A DNA stretch of 64,000 nucleotides from Octopus bimaculoides (GCF_001194135.2 NC_068985.1:99500989-99564988); one strand, 5' to 3'. Numbered from the stretch's first letter, positions 27,233-40,548 are shown. The notes: generated by a model not told the origin, from the letters alone. A program made the numbers and translations.

Positions 27233-27864
27233 CTATATGTATGTTCTGTTTGTCAGTCTCTCTCTATCTCTCTCTCTACACACACACATATATACATATG
27301 TATATGCATGTATGTATGTGCATGTATGCAAGTGCATTTATATGCGCATTTATTTCTGCATGTATATACAAACTTGGGGTTTGTTCAAATATGCTTGTGA
27401 GATATTTTAAATTCTAAAAGCAATTTCTCTGCAGATTATAGAGGAGAACAATTCTTCCTAATGATAATGGTGTAAATACAACATTCTCAGCTGAGAGGGA
27501 TGCTCTCCGGGGCCTCTAGGTGCATTTCTGGCTCATTATGCCTTCAACAGTAGGGGATACAAATTATGGGCAATCCTTGATGTATTTCCATATGTACTTT
27601 AAGTGAGAATTTCTTCTCCACGGTAAGCTGCTGTGATATTCCCATTATAAGCTAGTCTAAATTTTGTTGGTTTCGCATTACTTCATGCTACAACTTACGT
27701 ATTTCTCTGACGGGGCAGTCGATGAGCGCGAATCAACCGCTAGTTTTGACTTATTTAAAAAAAAATTCGGCTTTCTAGTCAACTCAGAGTAAATCCCTCT
27801 TTGGTATTCCCTGCTAAGGAAATAAGTAATTATACAAGTTTCAAAATGAGTTATCTCCACTATA

Positions 27865-28131
27865 CTCTTTTACTCGATTCAGTCATTTGACTGCGGCCAT
27901 TATTCTTTGTAAGCCTAGTACTTATTCTATCGGTCTCTCTTGCCGAACCGCTAAGTTACGGGGACGCAAACACATCTGCATCGGTTGTCAAGTGGTGTTG
28001 GGGGGACAAACACAGACACACAAATATATACACACACGTACATATATATNNNNNNNNNNNNNNNNNNNNNNNNNNNNNNNNNNNNNNNNNNNNNNNNNNN
28101 NNNNNNNNNNNNNNNNNNNNNNNNNNNNNNN

Positions 28132-28170
<39 letters not shown>

Positions 28171-28340
28171 CATATATATATACGACGGGCTTCTTTCAGT
28201 TTCTGTCTACTAAATCCACTCACAAGGCTTTGGTCGGCCCGAGGCTCCAGTAGAAGACACTAGCCCAAGGTGCTACGCAGTGGGACTGAACCCGAAAACT
28301 TGTGGTTGGTAAACAAGCTACTTACCACACAGCCACTCCT
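27865..28340 (-). mobile_element. SINE-A near full length with internal microsatellite and gap
   Basis: Same head, core and tail as 11091-11565. Confidence 0.9.
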
Positions 28341-29632
28341 CTGTCTATCAACAAGTTAGTTAATGTTTCATAACAAAAAAAGAAAAAAAACAACAAAAAT
28401 CGCATATTCTATTGAATTTGTTCGATAAATACAATGAAAGCTCTATTGGTCGTAGACGAGTCAACTATGGATTTACGGATGATTCGTCGAGCTGTAAATA
28501 ATGAATGGCAAGCAACTCCTCTTATATATCCTGTTAACGTCTTAAGTAACGCATGATACATAAAGGAGCAAGTGTGAGCGACTAGAACGTGTAATTGATC
28601 AGAGCTAAGCAAAAAATAGTAATCACACGCGTAGTTTCAACTAGTCCTCATTTTATTGTTCGATGGCAGATAACAAGAAAGAACAAATTAGATTAAGATC
28701 TGAAATCGCCAGGAAGACACAACTGTGTAATAATGAACCTTTAACGTTAACAATAGCTGATGCGGAAATAGGAAACTAGATGTCGTCTGTTCTGACACAG
28801 ATATTGTTGATGCGTTCACACGTTACAGAATTGACCAAACGCTAAATATTAAGGAATATACTAGATAGCTTGTTTACGTCACTGAGGAAATACAAAAATT
28901 AAAGCGTAATCTGTAAGTATTCTCAGTTCCTCTGTCCCAATGTAAGTTCACGTGCGAGGTCCAGGAAAACAAAATACTCGCTGAATTATTTCATAAAACA
29001 GTTATTTATAGTTGACGATGATGACCATATTCAGAACTAATATGGCCATGGACATGATGGTGATGATGATGACAACGACAATGATGATGATGTTGATGAT
29101 GATAATGATGATAATGATGATGATGATAATGATGATGATGATGGTGATGGTGTTGTAGATGATAAGGATGATGATGGTGATGAGTATGATGAGGATGACG
29201 TTGATGACGTGTTGATGATGATGTACATGGTGTTGATGTTAGTTGTACTAATTAGTAGTGGTGAGGCTGATACTGTTAATGATGCCGATACTTGTAATGA
29301 TACTGGTGCTGCTATAGTACCAGTTAATGCAATTTCAAAAGAAGATGCTGGGCTTATAGTGCGTATTGCGATTATAATTTTGAGGATTTGTAAGCTGCTT
29401 ACGTAATGCTCCGGATTTAAAACATAAATACAGATCAGAAAACCTGGAAACACATTAATGAAAAAATGTCCATATTATAGTGGAAGTAATTTCGCTAGCA
29501 TTCAAAGAAACACGTACTGTATAACCCTACACAACTGAACAAAGCAATGTAAGTTATGTTTAAAAGAATCATATCACATGCTAGTAGGAAGTCGATCTAC
29601 GACCTCAAAGTAGAAGGATTAAAATATATATT

Positions 29633-30066
29633 CTTTTCTTTTCTACTTTAGGCACAAGGCCCGAAATATTGAGGGAGGGGGCTAGTCAATTAGGTCAAAC
29701 CCAGTACGCAACTGGTACTTCATTTATCGAGCCCGAAATAATGAAAGGCAAAATCGGCCTCGGCGGAATTTGAACTCAGAACGTAAAGACAGACGAAATA
29801 CCGCTAAGCATTTCGCCCGTCGTGCTAACGTTTCTTATTTCTTTATTGCCCACAAGGGGCTAAACATAGAGGGGACAAACTAGGACAGACAAAGGGATTA
29901 AGTAGATTACATCGACTCCAGTGCGTAACTGGTACTTAATTTATCGACCCCGAAAGAATGAAAGGCAAAATCGGCCTCGGCGGAATTTGAACTCAGAACG
30001 TAACGGCAGACGAAATACCGTTAAACATTTCGCCCGGCGTGCTAATGTTTCTGCCAGCTCACCGCC
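29633..30066 (-). mobile_element. Tandem pair of SINE-B copies with different 3' tails
   Basis: 29633-29833 has tail aggcacaaggcccgaaat; 29834-30066 has tail ctttattgcccacaaggggctaaac; both share core ggcaaaatcggcctcggcggaatttgaactcagaacgtaa. Confidence 0.9.
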
Positions 30067-30844
30067 AGGAGGATTATTGAACAACTGGAAATGCATGTAA
30101 ANNNNNNNNNNNNNNNNNNNNNNNNNNNNNNNNNNNNNNNNNNNNNNNNNNNNNNNNNNNNNNNNNNNNNNNNNNNNNNNNNNNNNNNNNNNNNNNNNNN
30201 NNNNNNNNNNNNNNNNNNNNNNNNNNNNNNNNNNNNNNNNNNNNNNNNNNNNNNNNNNNNNNNNNNNNNNNNNNNNNNNNNAATGTATTGTGAAACATAT
30301 TTGAAATATATTTAAGTTGAACGACACTTTTATTTACTATATACAAAATTCCTGATGGAAAAATTATTGCTATTTAGGAATTGGAATTTGATTATATTTC
30401 CAATTAAACTGGAGTTCAAACTAAATTAATTCAAAATTGCCAAAGCATTTTACGTTTAAAGTATCACTTGGGAGTTGGATAAAAACTACTTTCGTTTTTT
30501 TTTTGCGGGCTTGAATTGCTCCAAATACACTTTAGGGGATTAATTTGAATTAGTATAAATAGAATTAATTTGAGATTAAATACATTAGCACATACTCACA
30601 TGTGTGTGCGAGTGTATAGAGAAACAGAAAGAGAGAGAAAGAAATATGGGGAGAGAGGGAGAAGGGGAGGAAGACAGAGACGGAGATAGATAGAGAGGCA
30701 GAGATAAGGACAGAGAGGGGCAGAAAGAGAGAGATGGGGAGGGTGAGAGAGCTAGTATGGAACAACGAGAAAGGGAGGGTGCGGATACTACACATGCTCT
30801 AGTAGTTAAGAAAGATAGCATTTAACTTATACTATTCTTATCAG

Positions 30845-31125
30845 CCGCAGGGGCGTGCATCTTCACCTCAGGTGCTTGGTCACCTCACCTTTTCATAATT
30901 TTTATGAACTAGGTTAACATGCGCAACTGTCTTCGAAGAGGTATCACAATCGATGTATGTAGACTCAGTCAGCAGATATTTGCAAACGACATAGTGCAAT
31001 ATGGTTCATCGGAGTGTGACCTTCAGAATACACTGAATGCGTTCGATGCCGATTCCTGGAAGGCAGAGATAAGAATTAGTGCTGCGAAGACTTGCACGTT
31101 GGTCCTCTCAAAAATTGTATCACCT
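30845..31125 (+). mobile_element. RTE-clade LINE reverse transcriptase fragment, decayed
   Basis: SPHLFIIFMN..GITIDVCRLSQQIFANDIVQYGSSECDLQNTLNAF...IRISAAKTCTLVLSK resembles RTE SPLLFIIFMD / LFADD / DLQ..L..F / MRIS..KS..MVLS. Confidence 0.65.
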
Positions 31126-31716
31126 AACTCTATGGATGCTTTGCGTTCTTGTCCTATTTTTGTATTATATATATATATATATATATNNNNNNNNNNNNNN
31201 NNNNNNNNNNNNNNNNNNNNNNNNNNNNNNNNNNNNNNNNNNNNNNNNNNNNNNNNNNNNNNNNNNNNNNNNNNNNNNNNNNNNNNNNNNNNNNNNNNNN
31301 NNNNNNNNNNNNNNNNNNNNNNNNNNNNNNNNNNNNNNNNNNNNNNNNNNNNNNNNNNNNNNNNNNNNNNNNNNNNNNNNNNNNNNNNNNNNNNNNNNNN
31401 NNNNNNNNNNNNNNNNNNNNNNNNNNNNNNNNNNNNNNNNNNNNNNNNNNNNNNNNNNNNNNNNNNNNNNNNNNNNNNNNNNNNNNNNNNNNNNNNNNNN
31501 NNNNNNNNNNNNNNNNNNNNNNNNNNNNNNNNNNNNNNNNNNNNNNNNNNNNNNNNNNNNNNNNNNNNNNNNNNNNNNNNNNNNNNNNNGCTGAAAATAG
31601 CAGTCGATAACTGTACGACGTTATGTAAAGCTTCACTGAATGTATAGAAGCAAAGATGTGTGCGTGCGGCGAACATAAGTAAATTTTCTCTTACCTCTAA
31701 ATAGGTAGGTAAGATA

Positions 31717-31831
<115 letters not shown>

Positions 31832-33040
31832 ATAGTTAGATATAGATAGAGTGATAGATTGATACGCATATACATATATACATACACACATATCATACAC
31901 CCACATATATATATATCGTCGATGAAGAGTAGAACAGAGAATAACTTAGACTTCATTGATAATCTTATAAGCGATTGATAACACGAAAACAGCCATATAT
32001 TAATATTTATATTTTAATTACTCTAGTCATGTAAATTCTAACGAAAATTTTAAAGTATATTCTGTTCCTATTATCGTTTCATTATTTTGAATTTCTTCCT
32101 TCACATAAATTGTACGTCTTCAAAGCGAATTCTGTTTATATTCGTGTGAAGTAGTGTTAAGAATAATTTGTTTTATTATTATATTTCTCGATAATGTAAT
32201 TATGTACATCAAAGCCACTATCATTATAGGTTTCATAGTCCCCACTTATACAAGTACATATTTGACAATTACAACATATATAGCTATTCTTTCACATCGT
32301 AATGAATTGTTAAGTATACATGGTCTTCAAAGTAATCGTTAAATACTTTCAACACTCCATTTACAAATATATGTATAATAGATAATTAAAATCAAGGGGA
32401 AAAATTCAGAAAGATTAGAGTAGCTAGTAAGATTGCATCCTTTAGAGTTAAAAGGATTAGAATAGAGTAAGAAAGCTAAACCACGACAAGACTGACAAAA
32501 GTTCTCTATCATAGAATTGCCCTAAACATGACCGAAAGATAATTGTTTGGTGAAGAACGAAAGTAGAATTACTCACCTTAAGCCCTAAAGACTTATTTAT
32601 TAAAACCAATGTATCTGAAAGAAGTGCTTATCTTAAATTATGAAAAGGACGGCAGTTTCTTTCGAATGGTGCACGATCTTATGAATCAAGATTGCTCTCT
32701 ACGTCAGATTAAAAGTCTAAGTTAATCAATAAATGACCGAAATAAAGAAGTAATTAAAACATAATTGTAGACTGTTTTAATGCGCTGGCTTTTTTTTTTC
32801 ACCAGTCAAGGTAATGGTGCATTCACGAAACCAATGACGTTAGAGACAGAAACAGCTATATTCAACATAACCGTATAAACGTCTCCAAAGGGAATTAAAT
32901 ATTGTCTACGAAAATAGAAAGTACTTTGGATATCAAAGGAAAATGATTTAAAATTTTTTTAAAACGTGATAAAACAAAAAAATGACGAATTTGCCAAAAA
33001 CGGTGTTATACACATTAGTATAAAAAAAGAAATAAAAAAC

Positions 33041-33389
33041 AGATTCGTGGCTTAGTGGTTAGGGTAGTCAGTTCACGATCGTATAATTGTGAGTTCGTTT
33101 CCTGGCGGTTCCTTGTGTCCTTGAACAAGATATTTTAATGCATGTTGGTCCAGTCCACTGTGCTGGCAAAAATCAGTTGTACCTTCATCTCAAAGGGATG
33201 GCCCTGTCACATTCTATGTCACGCTTTTTGTACCAAGACAAAACAATGTACATGATAACACTTCGAAGCAATTAAGATCAGAAGCCATGAGAGCCACTGC
33301 CTAGGACTGCATCCAGGCATTGACATGAGAGCCACTGCCTGGTAACGCATCCGGGTATAGCCACTACCTGGTACTGCACCTGGGCATAT

Positions 33390-33390
<1 letters not shown>
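33041..33390 (+). mobile_element. SINE-D: tRNA head, core, domain shared with SINE-C, tail with triplicated ~35-40 bp unit
   Basis: A box gtggcttagtgg, B box gagttcgtttcc; tcaaagggatggccctgtcacattctatgtcacgct resembles SINE-C; unit agccactgcctg/agg.actgca.c.gggcat present three times. Confidence 0.7.
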
Positions 33391-33522
<132 letters not shown>

Positions 33523-33734
33523 CTGGCAGGTGTCCCAGATGAACCAACTTCGCGGCAAGAGGTGCAGATGAGGGCAGCTGTATCAAACTCTCTCATGCAC
33601 CAAATGTCAATTCCTGAAGTTCAATTCGTGAAGTAAAATTGTGTAGCAACACCAAATGGCGGTGCCCCAGCATGGCCGCAGCTCATGAGCTGAAACTAGA
33701 TAAAATGAAAAAAATGAAAAATGAAAAATGAAAA
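33523..33734 (+). mobile_element. CR1-like LINE 3' end (ORF2 C-terminus, 3' UTR, tail)
   Basis: LAGVPDEPTSRQEVQMRAAVSNSLMHQ..K*; 3' UTR ggcggtgccccagcatggccgcagctcatgagctgaaac followed by (ATGAAAA)n. Confidence 0.75.
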
Positions 33735-33964
33735 CTTATAGTCGTCATGCAGTATACAATATTGCGACGTTGTTGATAGAATATATTGTGCCCACCTGGG
33801 GTTTGCACTGTTTGTTAAGTCACAACAAGGACCTGAGACAGACGTTACTTTATGCAATTTGCGTCCAGTTCCAAGTATTGCTGATTTTAGCAATACTTCG
33901 AGATTGCAGGGTATTTCTAAGGTTTGCAGATGATTTGTTTTTCAGCTTCGGTATCATCATCATC

Positions 33965-33996
<32 letters not shown>

Positions 33997-34749
33997 CATA
34001 ATTATCACTGACGCTGTCGTCGTCGTTGTTGTTGTTGTTGTTGTTAGAAGCAATAACCGATTAACGTGAAACTGTTATTATCTAAAGCAAAGATAATTTA
34101 ACCAAAATGACTTAAACTTATTAATTGCCTTAATAAAGATAAACTACTCAAACATATTGAATGTAAATATAAATATAGCAGAACAAAGCAACATAAAACT
34201 GTTGCATTATCGTATTAAATCAAACATTTCATAAGTCAGTGCAGTCGCTTAGAACAAATAACAAAAGTTGTATACTAAAACTCATTAATTCCATGAGAAC
34301 CTCATCACATGAGTTTATTGATATTCTTAAAAAATATCGCGTTTAACACCATCAAATATTCCTTCATTGAGCACATGAATATGTGTAGGCATACGCATAA
34401 AACGTGCATACACACCATGAACATATATGTATTTGTATTTGTGTATATATATATGTATGTATATATTTATATATATATATATNNNNNNNNNNAATATATT
34501 GAAGCTCTTGGAATAAATCTATATATAAGTTAACCGGTGATGAGCAAAAGTATTTTACGTAGGGTTTCGAGAAAAAAGGGATACAGAGATTAAGTAGTAA
34601 CATAGTGTGATACCTATCGAGGCTGCCATTGCTTCAATAAAACCAATATCAAACAAATAAATGAATAAACGTATACAAATCGAGTGGACATCCATGGTGA
34701 ATCCACAAAGAAACAACTTTGAATATGTGCTTTATCTCTCTAATCTGAT

Positions 34750-35146
34750 ACTTGTGTCAGTCATTTTTGACTGCAGCCATTCTGGGGCACCGCCTTGAAA
34801 GGCTTTAGTCAACCAAATCGACCCCAGGATTTATTTTGTGAAGCCAAGTACTTACTCTGTCGGTTCTTTTGCCGAACTACTATATCACTGACATGTAAAC
34901 GCACCAGCACCAGTTGTCGAGCGGTGGGGTAGGAAAAAATACAGACACAAAGCACGCATACATAAACACATACAAGTATTAGTATATGACGAGCTTCTTT
35001 CTGTTTCCGTCTACCGAATCCACTCCCAACGCTTTGGTTCCCCCGAGGCTATAGTAGAAAACACTGTACAAGGTGCCACGCAGTGGGACCAGATCTGGGA
35101 CAATGTGGTTGAAAAGGGCTTTTTCTTACCAAACAGTTCCACCTAC
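34750..35146 (-). mobile_element. SINE-A, diverged
   Basis: Tail, core and head align to other SINE-A copies. Confidence 0.8.
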
Positions 35147-35254
35147 ATACATATGTAGACTAGAAAATAAAGCAGTCATCAAGAAATATAAAGCAGGTAT
35201 ACTTTACTATCATATTACGAATGTAACTTTAATATTTAATATTTTGGTTAATAA

Positions 35255-35460
35255 AAATGCGGCGTGCCGGCAGAATATCATACCGGTCAAAATGCTTAGC
35301 GGCATTTCGTCCGTCCTCACGTTATGTGTTGAAATTCCGCTGAGGTCGACTTTGGCCTTCATCGTTTCGTAGTTAGAATAAGTACTGGTTGACTACTAGG
35401 GTCGATGTAACCGACTTACACCATTATCTAAGCTCGTTGATCTCGTGCTACAATTTCGGT
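35255..35460 (+). mobile_element. SINE-B
   Basis: gccggcagaat...aaatgcttagcggcatttcgtc...gaaattccgctgaggtcgactttggcc. Confidence 0.75.
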
Positions 35461-36735
35461 GCAAGAAAGCAGCGAACTCTCAGACACGTTACCGTGTTGG
35501 ATGAATGCATAGCAGCATTTTAGCAGATGTATGTTCTGAGTCCAAATTACACCGAGGTCGACTTTGCCTTTGATTGTCTTGGGGTTGATGACATAAGAAC
35601 AAGTTGAATATCGAAGTAGATATACTCGCGTAGCTCATCTGTTAATACTTCAGATCTTTTGCCTATGTTAGAAAGGAAGAATATTTTAGTGTATCGTCGG
35701 AATCCTGTGAGCGCCTGGAAAATATTAGACGTACACATTAATTTCTGCGTTGAAATTTCTTTGAGATTATATTTTACTTTTCGTTCTGCTGGATTCGAGA
35801 ATATAAAATGCGATAAATGTACTGGACCTATTTTATCTACTATGCCCTTCCACTCAACAAATATTTGTGGCCCTGTGCCAATAATAGAAATCAATATTTA
35901 AGTTAAGGATAATAAATCGACCAAATCAGTTCAAAACATAAACACAATAGCAGCGAATGTCCGTATAAATATCAGATATGAGTCATTAACTCTTTACTAA
36001 GAACAGTCCATTCAATATCCTCTTGCGATCTACTATTCAATAAAGAAGCTATGCGTATAAAACAAATTTAATTAACAGCGGATACACAAACCATCATATA
36101 GACACATCTGTCTAAGAAAACAACAAGAGAAGACAAAGCACATACACCAACAATACAAATAAATCAGTGAAGCGACATATGGTTTACTACAAAAAATATC
36201 AAATGAATTCCCATTAGAAAACAGATGATATGTTTTTAAATGGAGATAGATTATTAAAGAAAATTTAGATTGAACATATTCTAAAGATAAATTAAATTTA
36301 TTTATACGCGTTGGAAATTCAATGTTAGTAGATATGTTAGTATATTTGTAGTAACCATAAATATACGAACAGTAAACCTAAAGTTTACCGCGCCAAAAAA
36401 GAGAATGTCTAAATGTGTGATCGTACTGTTAGAAATACAAGCCAAGATGTTTTGAAATTACAGCTAACCCATTGAAAGAACAAGTTCATGCCGGTTAACA
36501 CTGATCCCTTTTTACAACCTAAAAATTCGATATTTACTACTAGAATGCCTCAGTTGCCTCAGTTAAACTGACCTAGGATTAAATGTTAGTCTTGTACCTG
36601 ATTTACAAAACATATGCACGACCGAAGAAAGCAACATCTCTCTGCTCAGTCTTGGAATAGATATAGCAACGATATATTTTTCAGATCAATAAGCATTGAG
36701 TACATTTTATTATTCAAATGTTACTGGGGCAACAC

Positions 36736-37108
36736 TCCGTCGCCTACGACATCGCGGGTTCCAGTTGATCCGATCAATGGAACAGCCTGCTCATGAAATT
36801 AATGTGCAAGTGGCTGAGCACTCCACAGACACGTGTACCCTTAACGTAGCTCTCGGGGATATTCAGCGTGACACAGTGTGACAAGGCTGACCCTTTGAAT
36901 TACAGGCACAACAGAAACAGGAAGTAAGAGTGAGAAAAAGTTGTGGGGCAAAGAGTACAGCAGGGTTCGCCACCATCCCCTGCCGGAGCCTCGTGGAGCT
37001 TTAGGTGTTTTCGCTCAATAAACACTCACAACGCCCGGTCTAGGAATCGAAACCGCGATCGTATGACCGCGAGTCCGTTGCCTAACCACTGGGCCATTGC
37101 GCCTCCAC
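36736..37108 (-). mobile_element. SINE-C, full length, with 14-bp target-site duplication
   Basis: tactggggcaacac at 36722-36735 and 37109-37122; minus head ggaggcgcaatggcccagtggttagg (A box), ggtttcgattcc (B box); 373 bp. Confidence 0.9.
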
Positions 37109-38359
37109 TACTGGGGCAACACAACAAAGACTACAACACCATTGTCGAAAATTCAATTTCTTAAAACCAGAAGCATAAGCATATTGAATCGTATGTTCAC
37201 TTTTTAACTGAGTTGTACATAAATTCGAACATAGTTTAATATAACACAAGTCTTTCATGTAAACTTGTTTAGGCAGTAACTCTGTTGATGTCCATTGGAT
37301 TGACTGTATCTTTGTTTTTGTAGTAATTCTCACCTGTCGTCACGTATATACTAATACCTGGTTCTTAATTTATTTCGGAAAACACTGCAATCATTTCCCG
37401 TATTTATGAGAGGTATATACCAATGTCTGATTATTGATTCCTTTTAGATATCTTTAGAACACTTTACACGATTTTTGACAGTTAGTTAGTCTGTAGATAA
37501 ATTTTCGCTTTCTTACCAGTAGTCTCAGCAACGCTGAAAAAAATTGGTCGTTGTTGTTGACATTATCCGACCGGCTGAATTATGAAACGAAAACAAATGA
37601 TAACCGAAAGAAATCATTTGTATAATGTTTTGCATCGTTTTCGGCAGAGTAAAGCATGTAGGCGTTTGTCTGACAATGTTAGCATTTATTGCAAATTGAA
37701 TATAACCATGCTGATAAGCTACGAGAATGTACCCAAGCACACTGTGAGCAGTTTCATTTATAGCATGGCTTTTCTTTCTTTTACTGGAGTCTCTATTTTC
37801 TCGTGGAATGAGTTCTAAATAATCTATCAACATTTGCAATGGGCCAATGTGAATTTTGCATGAGCTTCATTGACATTCACGGCATGAAACATTTAATTCG
37901 TATCTGAGAATTCACTGCAAGTGCAATTTTTTATAAAAAATCCCCTTCAATTTTTCAGTATGACGTACATGGAGAAATGTTATATTCGTCGTGATAAAAA
38001 GGAAACAAACAAACACAACCATATATTTTCCATTGTATATTCTGTTGAAATACGAAAGTCAAATTGATACAGCTTACTGAGCTGGAGCGGTATTAATTAT
38101 AAATACATAAATAGCTGAAACCCAATGAAGACATACGAGAAAGAATCCATGATCGTACGATTTATTCTGCAACACTGTAAACTCTCTGTCATACTTATAA
38201 CGACCAGAACGCTCTGTTTCCTCCAGAACGAGGTAGTTGTACATCACATGTGCCACACCTCAACCAGATCATTAAGTACGGTTCCTATTATGCCCCGCAA
38301 ACCTCTGCATCTCTTAGGACCCACGCTAATCAAACTATACTTAATCTTTGTCTTTGAAA

Positions 38360-38475
38360 TATTATTGTTATTAAGGTCACTGCCTGGAATCGAACTCGGA
38401 ATCTTGGGCATATGTCGTAGTGGTTAAGAGCGCAGGCTACTAATCCAAGATTCCGAGTGTTCAATTCCGAGTTAG

Positions 38476-38541
<66 letters not shown>

Positions 38542-38646
38542 GCAACATCAAAAAATACCTTAGGAATGAGAACCCAGGTTCAAATTTTCGCCAAGACACC
38601 TGATGAAGGCTGGAGGGTATATCAGCCGAAACACTGTGCTAACACA
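38360..38646 (+). mobile_element. Solo PLE family A pLTR (tRNA-like head, (AAT)n, hammerhead) preceded by inverted partial head
   Basis: 38360-38408 is the reverse complement of the B-box half; direct copy starts gggcatatgtcgtagtgg at 38406; hammerhead 38595-38640. Confidence 0.85.
38595..38640 (+). ncRNA. Minimal type I hammerhead ribozyme motif, cleavage triplet mutated
   Basis: gacac-CTGATGA(38600-38606)-a-ggctg-loop-cagcc-GAAA(38628-38631)-c-act-gtgct; three sibling copies have GTT or ATT instead of ACT. Confidence 0.75.
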
Positions 38647-39634
38647 ATGTACAGAAATATGAGGTACTCTTTGAATTCTCGTAAAGTCTCCATCTATTTT
38701 TAGTCCTCTAAAGCAGTTTAACTCGAGATATGATACAATACACTTACTGAAGGTGACGGCGAGTGGGATCAACCTCAGGACTTTTTATACGTTGCCAATA
38801 TGAAAACATAGCCATTTGAAGAAGAATAAAAATACTGTCTTGATTTTATTGTACGCATTAATCCATGGCCAAAGAAAAAAAAAATTCATCGGGTTTAATG
38901 GGTGACAGTCAACTGGAATAAAAATCTCAGGTGGGTTTTGTGTTTATGGTGCCGTTAATACTTCTGATTCTATTAAATTACATCGTGCTGACAAAGATTT
39001 CCTTAACGTGTAGAGATATTAAATTTGACACTAATGCTTTGCCAGTTTTATTTTCATTTATTTCTTATGAGCGTGGTTGGAATTTAAACATCTTATGACT
39101 TGTTTTGTGTTTTAGATGTCATATTGTGCAATTATTATTTTCAAGATCAACATCAATGTTGTTAACGCTTACGTTCTTCTGCTACTCGTTCCTGCTATTG
39201 TTGCTGTTGTTGTTTTTGTTGTCGTTGTTGTTGATGTTGTTGTTGTTGTTTTGTTGTTGTTGTTCTTTTTTTGTTATTGTCATCAATAAAACTACCACCA
39301 CAACCATCACTATCATCACTACCATCACCCTCATTTTTTGTCGTGGTGGTCATCATCATCACCTTCCTCCTCCTCTTCCTTCCCGTCATCACATTTAGAT
39401 GTTTCAGACCAATTTCTAGAAAATTCTTAAGCGTGTGTGCAACATTGACAATTACACTTTCATGAGGACAACATGGCGTTTCTTTGCAGTAGATTTTAGT
39501 GGTTCTGCTCTCACATTCATGTTTCTTTTCCAGAATATGTACCACAGGAACAGTGTTGCATTTCTTTTAAGATTGAGCTGAGCTTAATGTTTATAAGTCA
39601 CGAGATGTGATAGTGTGGAATATATACTAAGTTG

Positions 39635-39740
39635 AAGGCGGCGAGATGGCAGAAACGTTAGCACGCCGGGTGACATGCTTCGCCGTATTTTGTCTGCCGC
39701 TACGTTCTGAGTTCAAATTCCGCCGAGGTCAACTTTGCCA
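39635..39740 (+). mobile_element. SINE-B 5' half
   Basis: gaaggcggcgagatggcagaaacgttagcacgccgg...gttctgagttcaaattccgccgaggtcaactttgcc; ends directly at the R4/Dong fragment. Confidence 0.85.
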
Positions 39741-40462
39741 CTAAGAACGAAATACATAAAATACAGAATAGACAACACAGCAGAAAGTGATAAGTGTAGA
39801 ATTTGTGGACAAAGTTTTGAAACTGTATGACATATTAGCAGTCAATGTACGCCACTAGAACAGAAGAAATATAAGAGACGCCACGACAACATAGCTAGGC
39901 TTGATCATTGGACACATTGCAACAAGTATGGACTTGAAAGGGAAAAATTGGCACGATCCTAAATCCGAAGGCATCATCGAAAATGATAATACAAGCATCC
40001 TGTGGAATTCTATAATTCAGTGCGACAATGAGATAGGGAATAGGAAACCAAACATAGTCTTAATTGAGAAAGAAAGCAAACTATGCTGAATCATAGATAG
40101 CATGCCCAGCAGACAACAAGGTATGCCTTAAGGAAGAACGAAAAGTCGATAGATATGACAGGTTAGCTTGGGAGGTTAAGCAGTTGTGGTCGATGAAAAA
40201 TTCGGTAGTAGTACCAATAATTGTTGGAGCCCTGGGAACAGTGAGTAAAAATCTTGAGAAGTACATGGAACAAATAGGGGTTCTAATAAGAGTGGAGCAC
40301 TTGTAGAAAACAGCAATGCTTGGAACCACTCCAATACTCCGGATGGTGCTCGAAAAATAAGAGGTGTCACCTTAGTTCACTGGTAGTGAACGGCTGACAC
40401 CGTAGTACATCTCTAGTGTTAGAAGCTGTACGAAGGAAATGATAATAATAATAATAATAATA

Positions 40463-40500
<38 letters not shown>

Positions 40501-40510
40501 AATGATAATG

Positions 40511-40548
<38 letters not shown>

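Noticed and set aside
27560-27630. C2H2 zinc-finger-like LKVHMEIH on the minus strand
   Set aside because: No upstream CxxC, and stops nearby; it fits a decayed RTE RT motif (VG.HQG) better, but too weakly to annotate
29040-29230. Poly-Asp/Ser protein segment
   Set aside because: Degenerate (GAT)n microsatellite without splice or homology support
32577-32615. 38-nt minus-strand micro-exon (ctttcag...AAG|gtgagt) and similar splice-like sites at 9108-9132, 40896-40901 and near 59529
   Set aside because: Such matches are expected by chance in 64 kb of AT-rich DNA; there is no recognisable peptide or coherent exon chain
34510-34610. Further family B pLTR copy on the minus strand
   Set aside because: Only ctcgaaac...cgtaaaatactttt is recognisable and the core is absent; too degenerate to support
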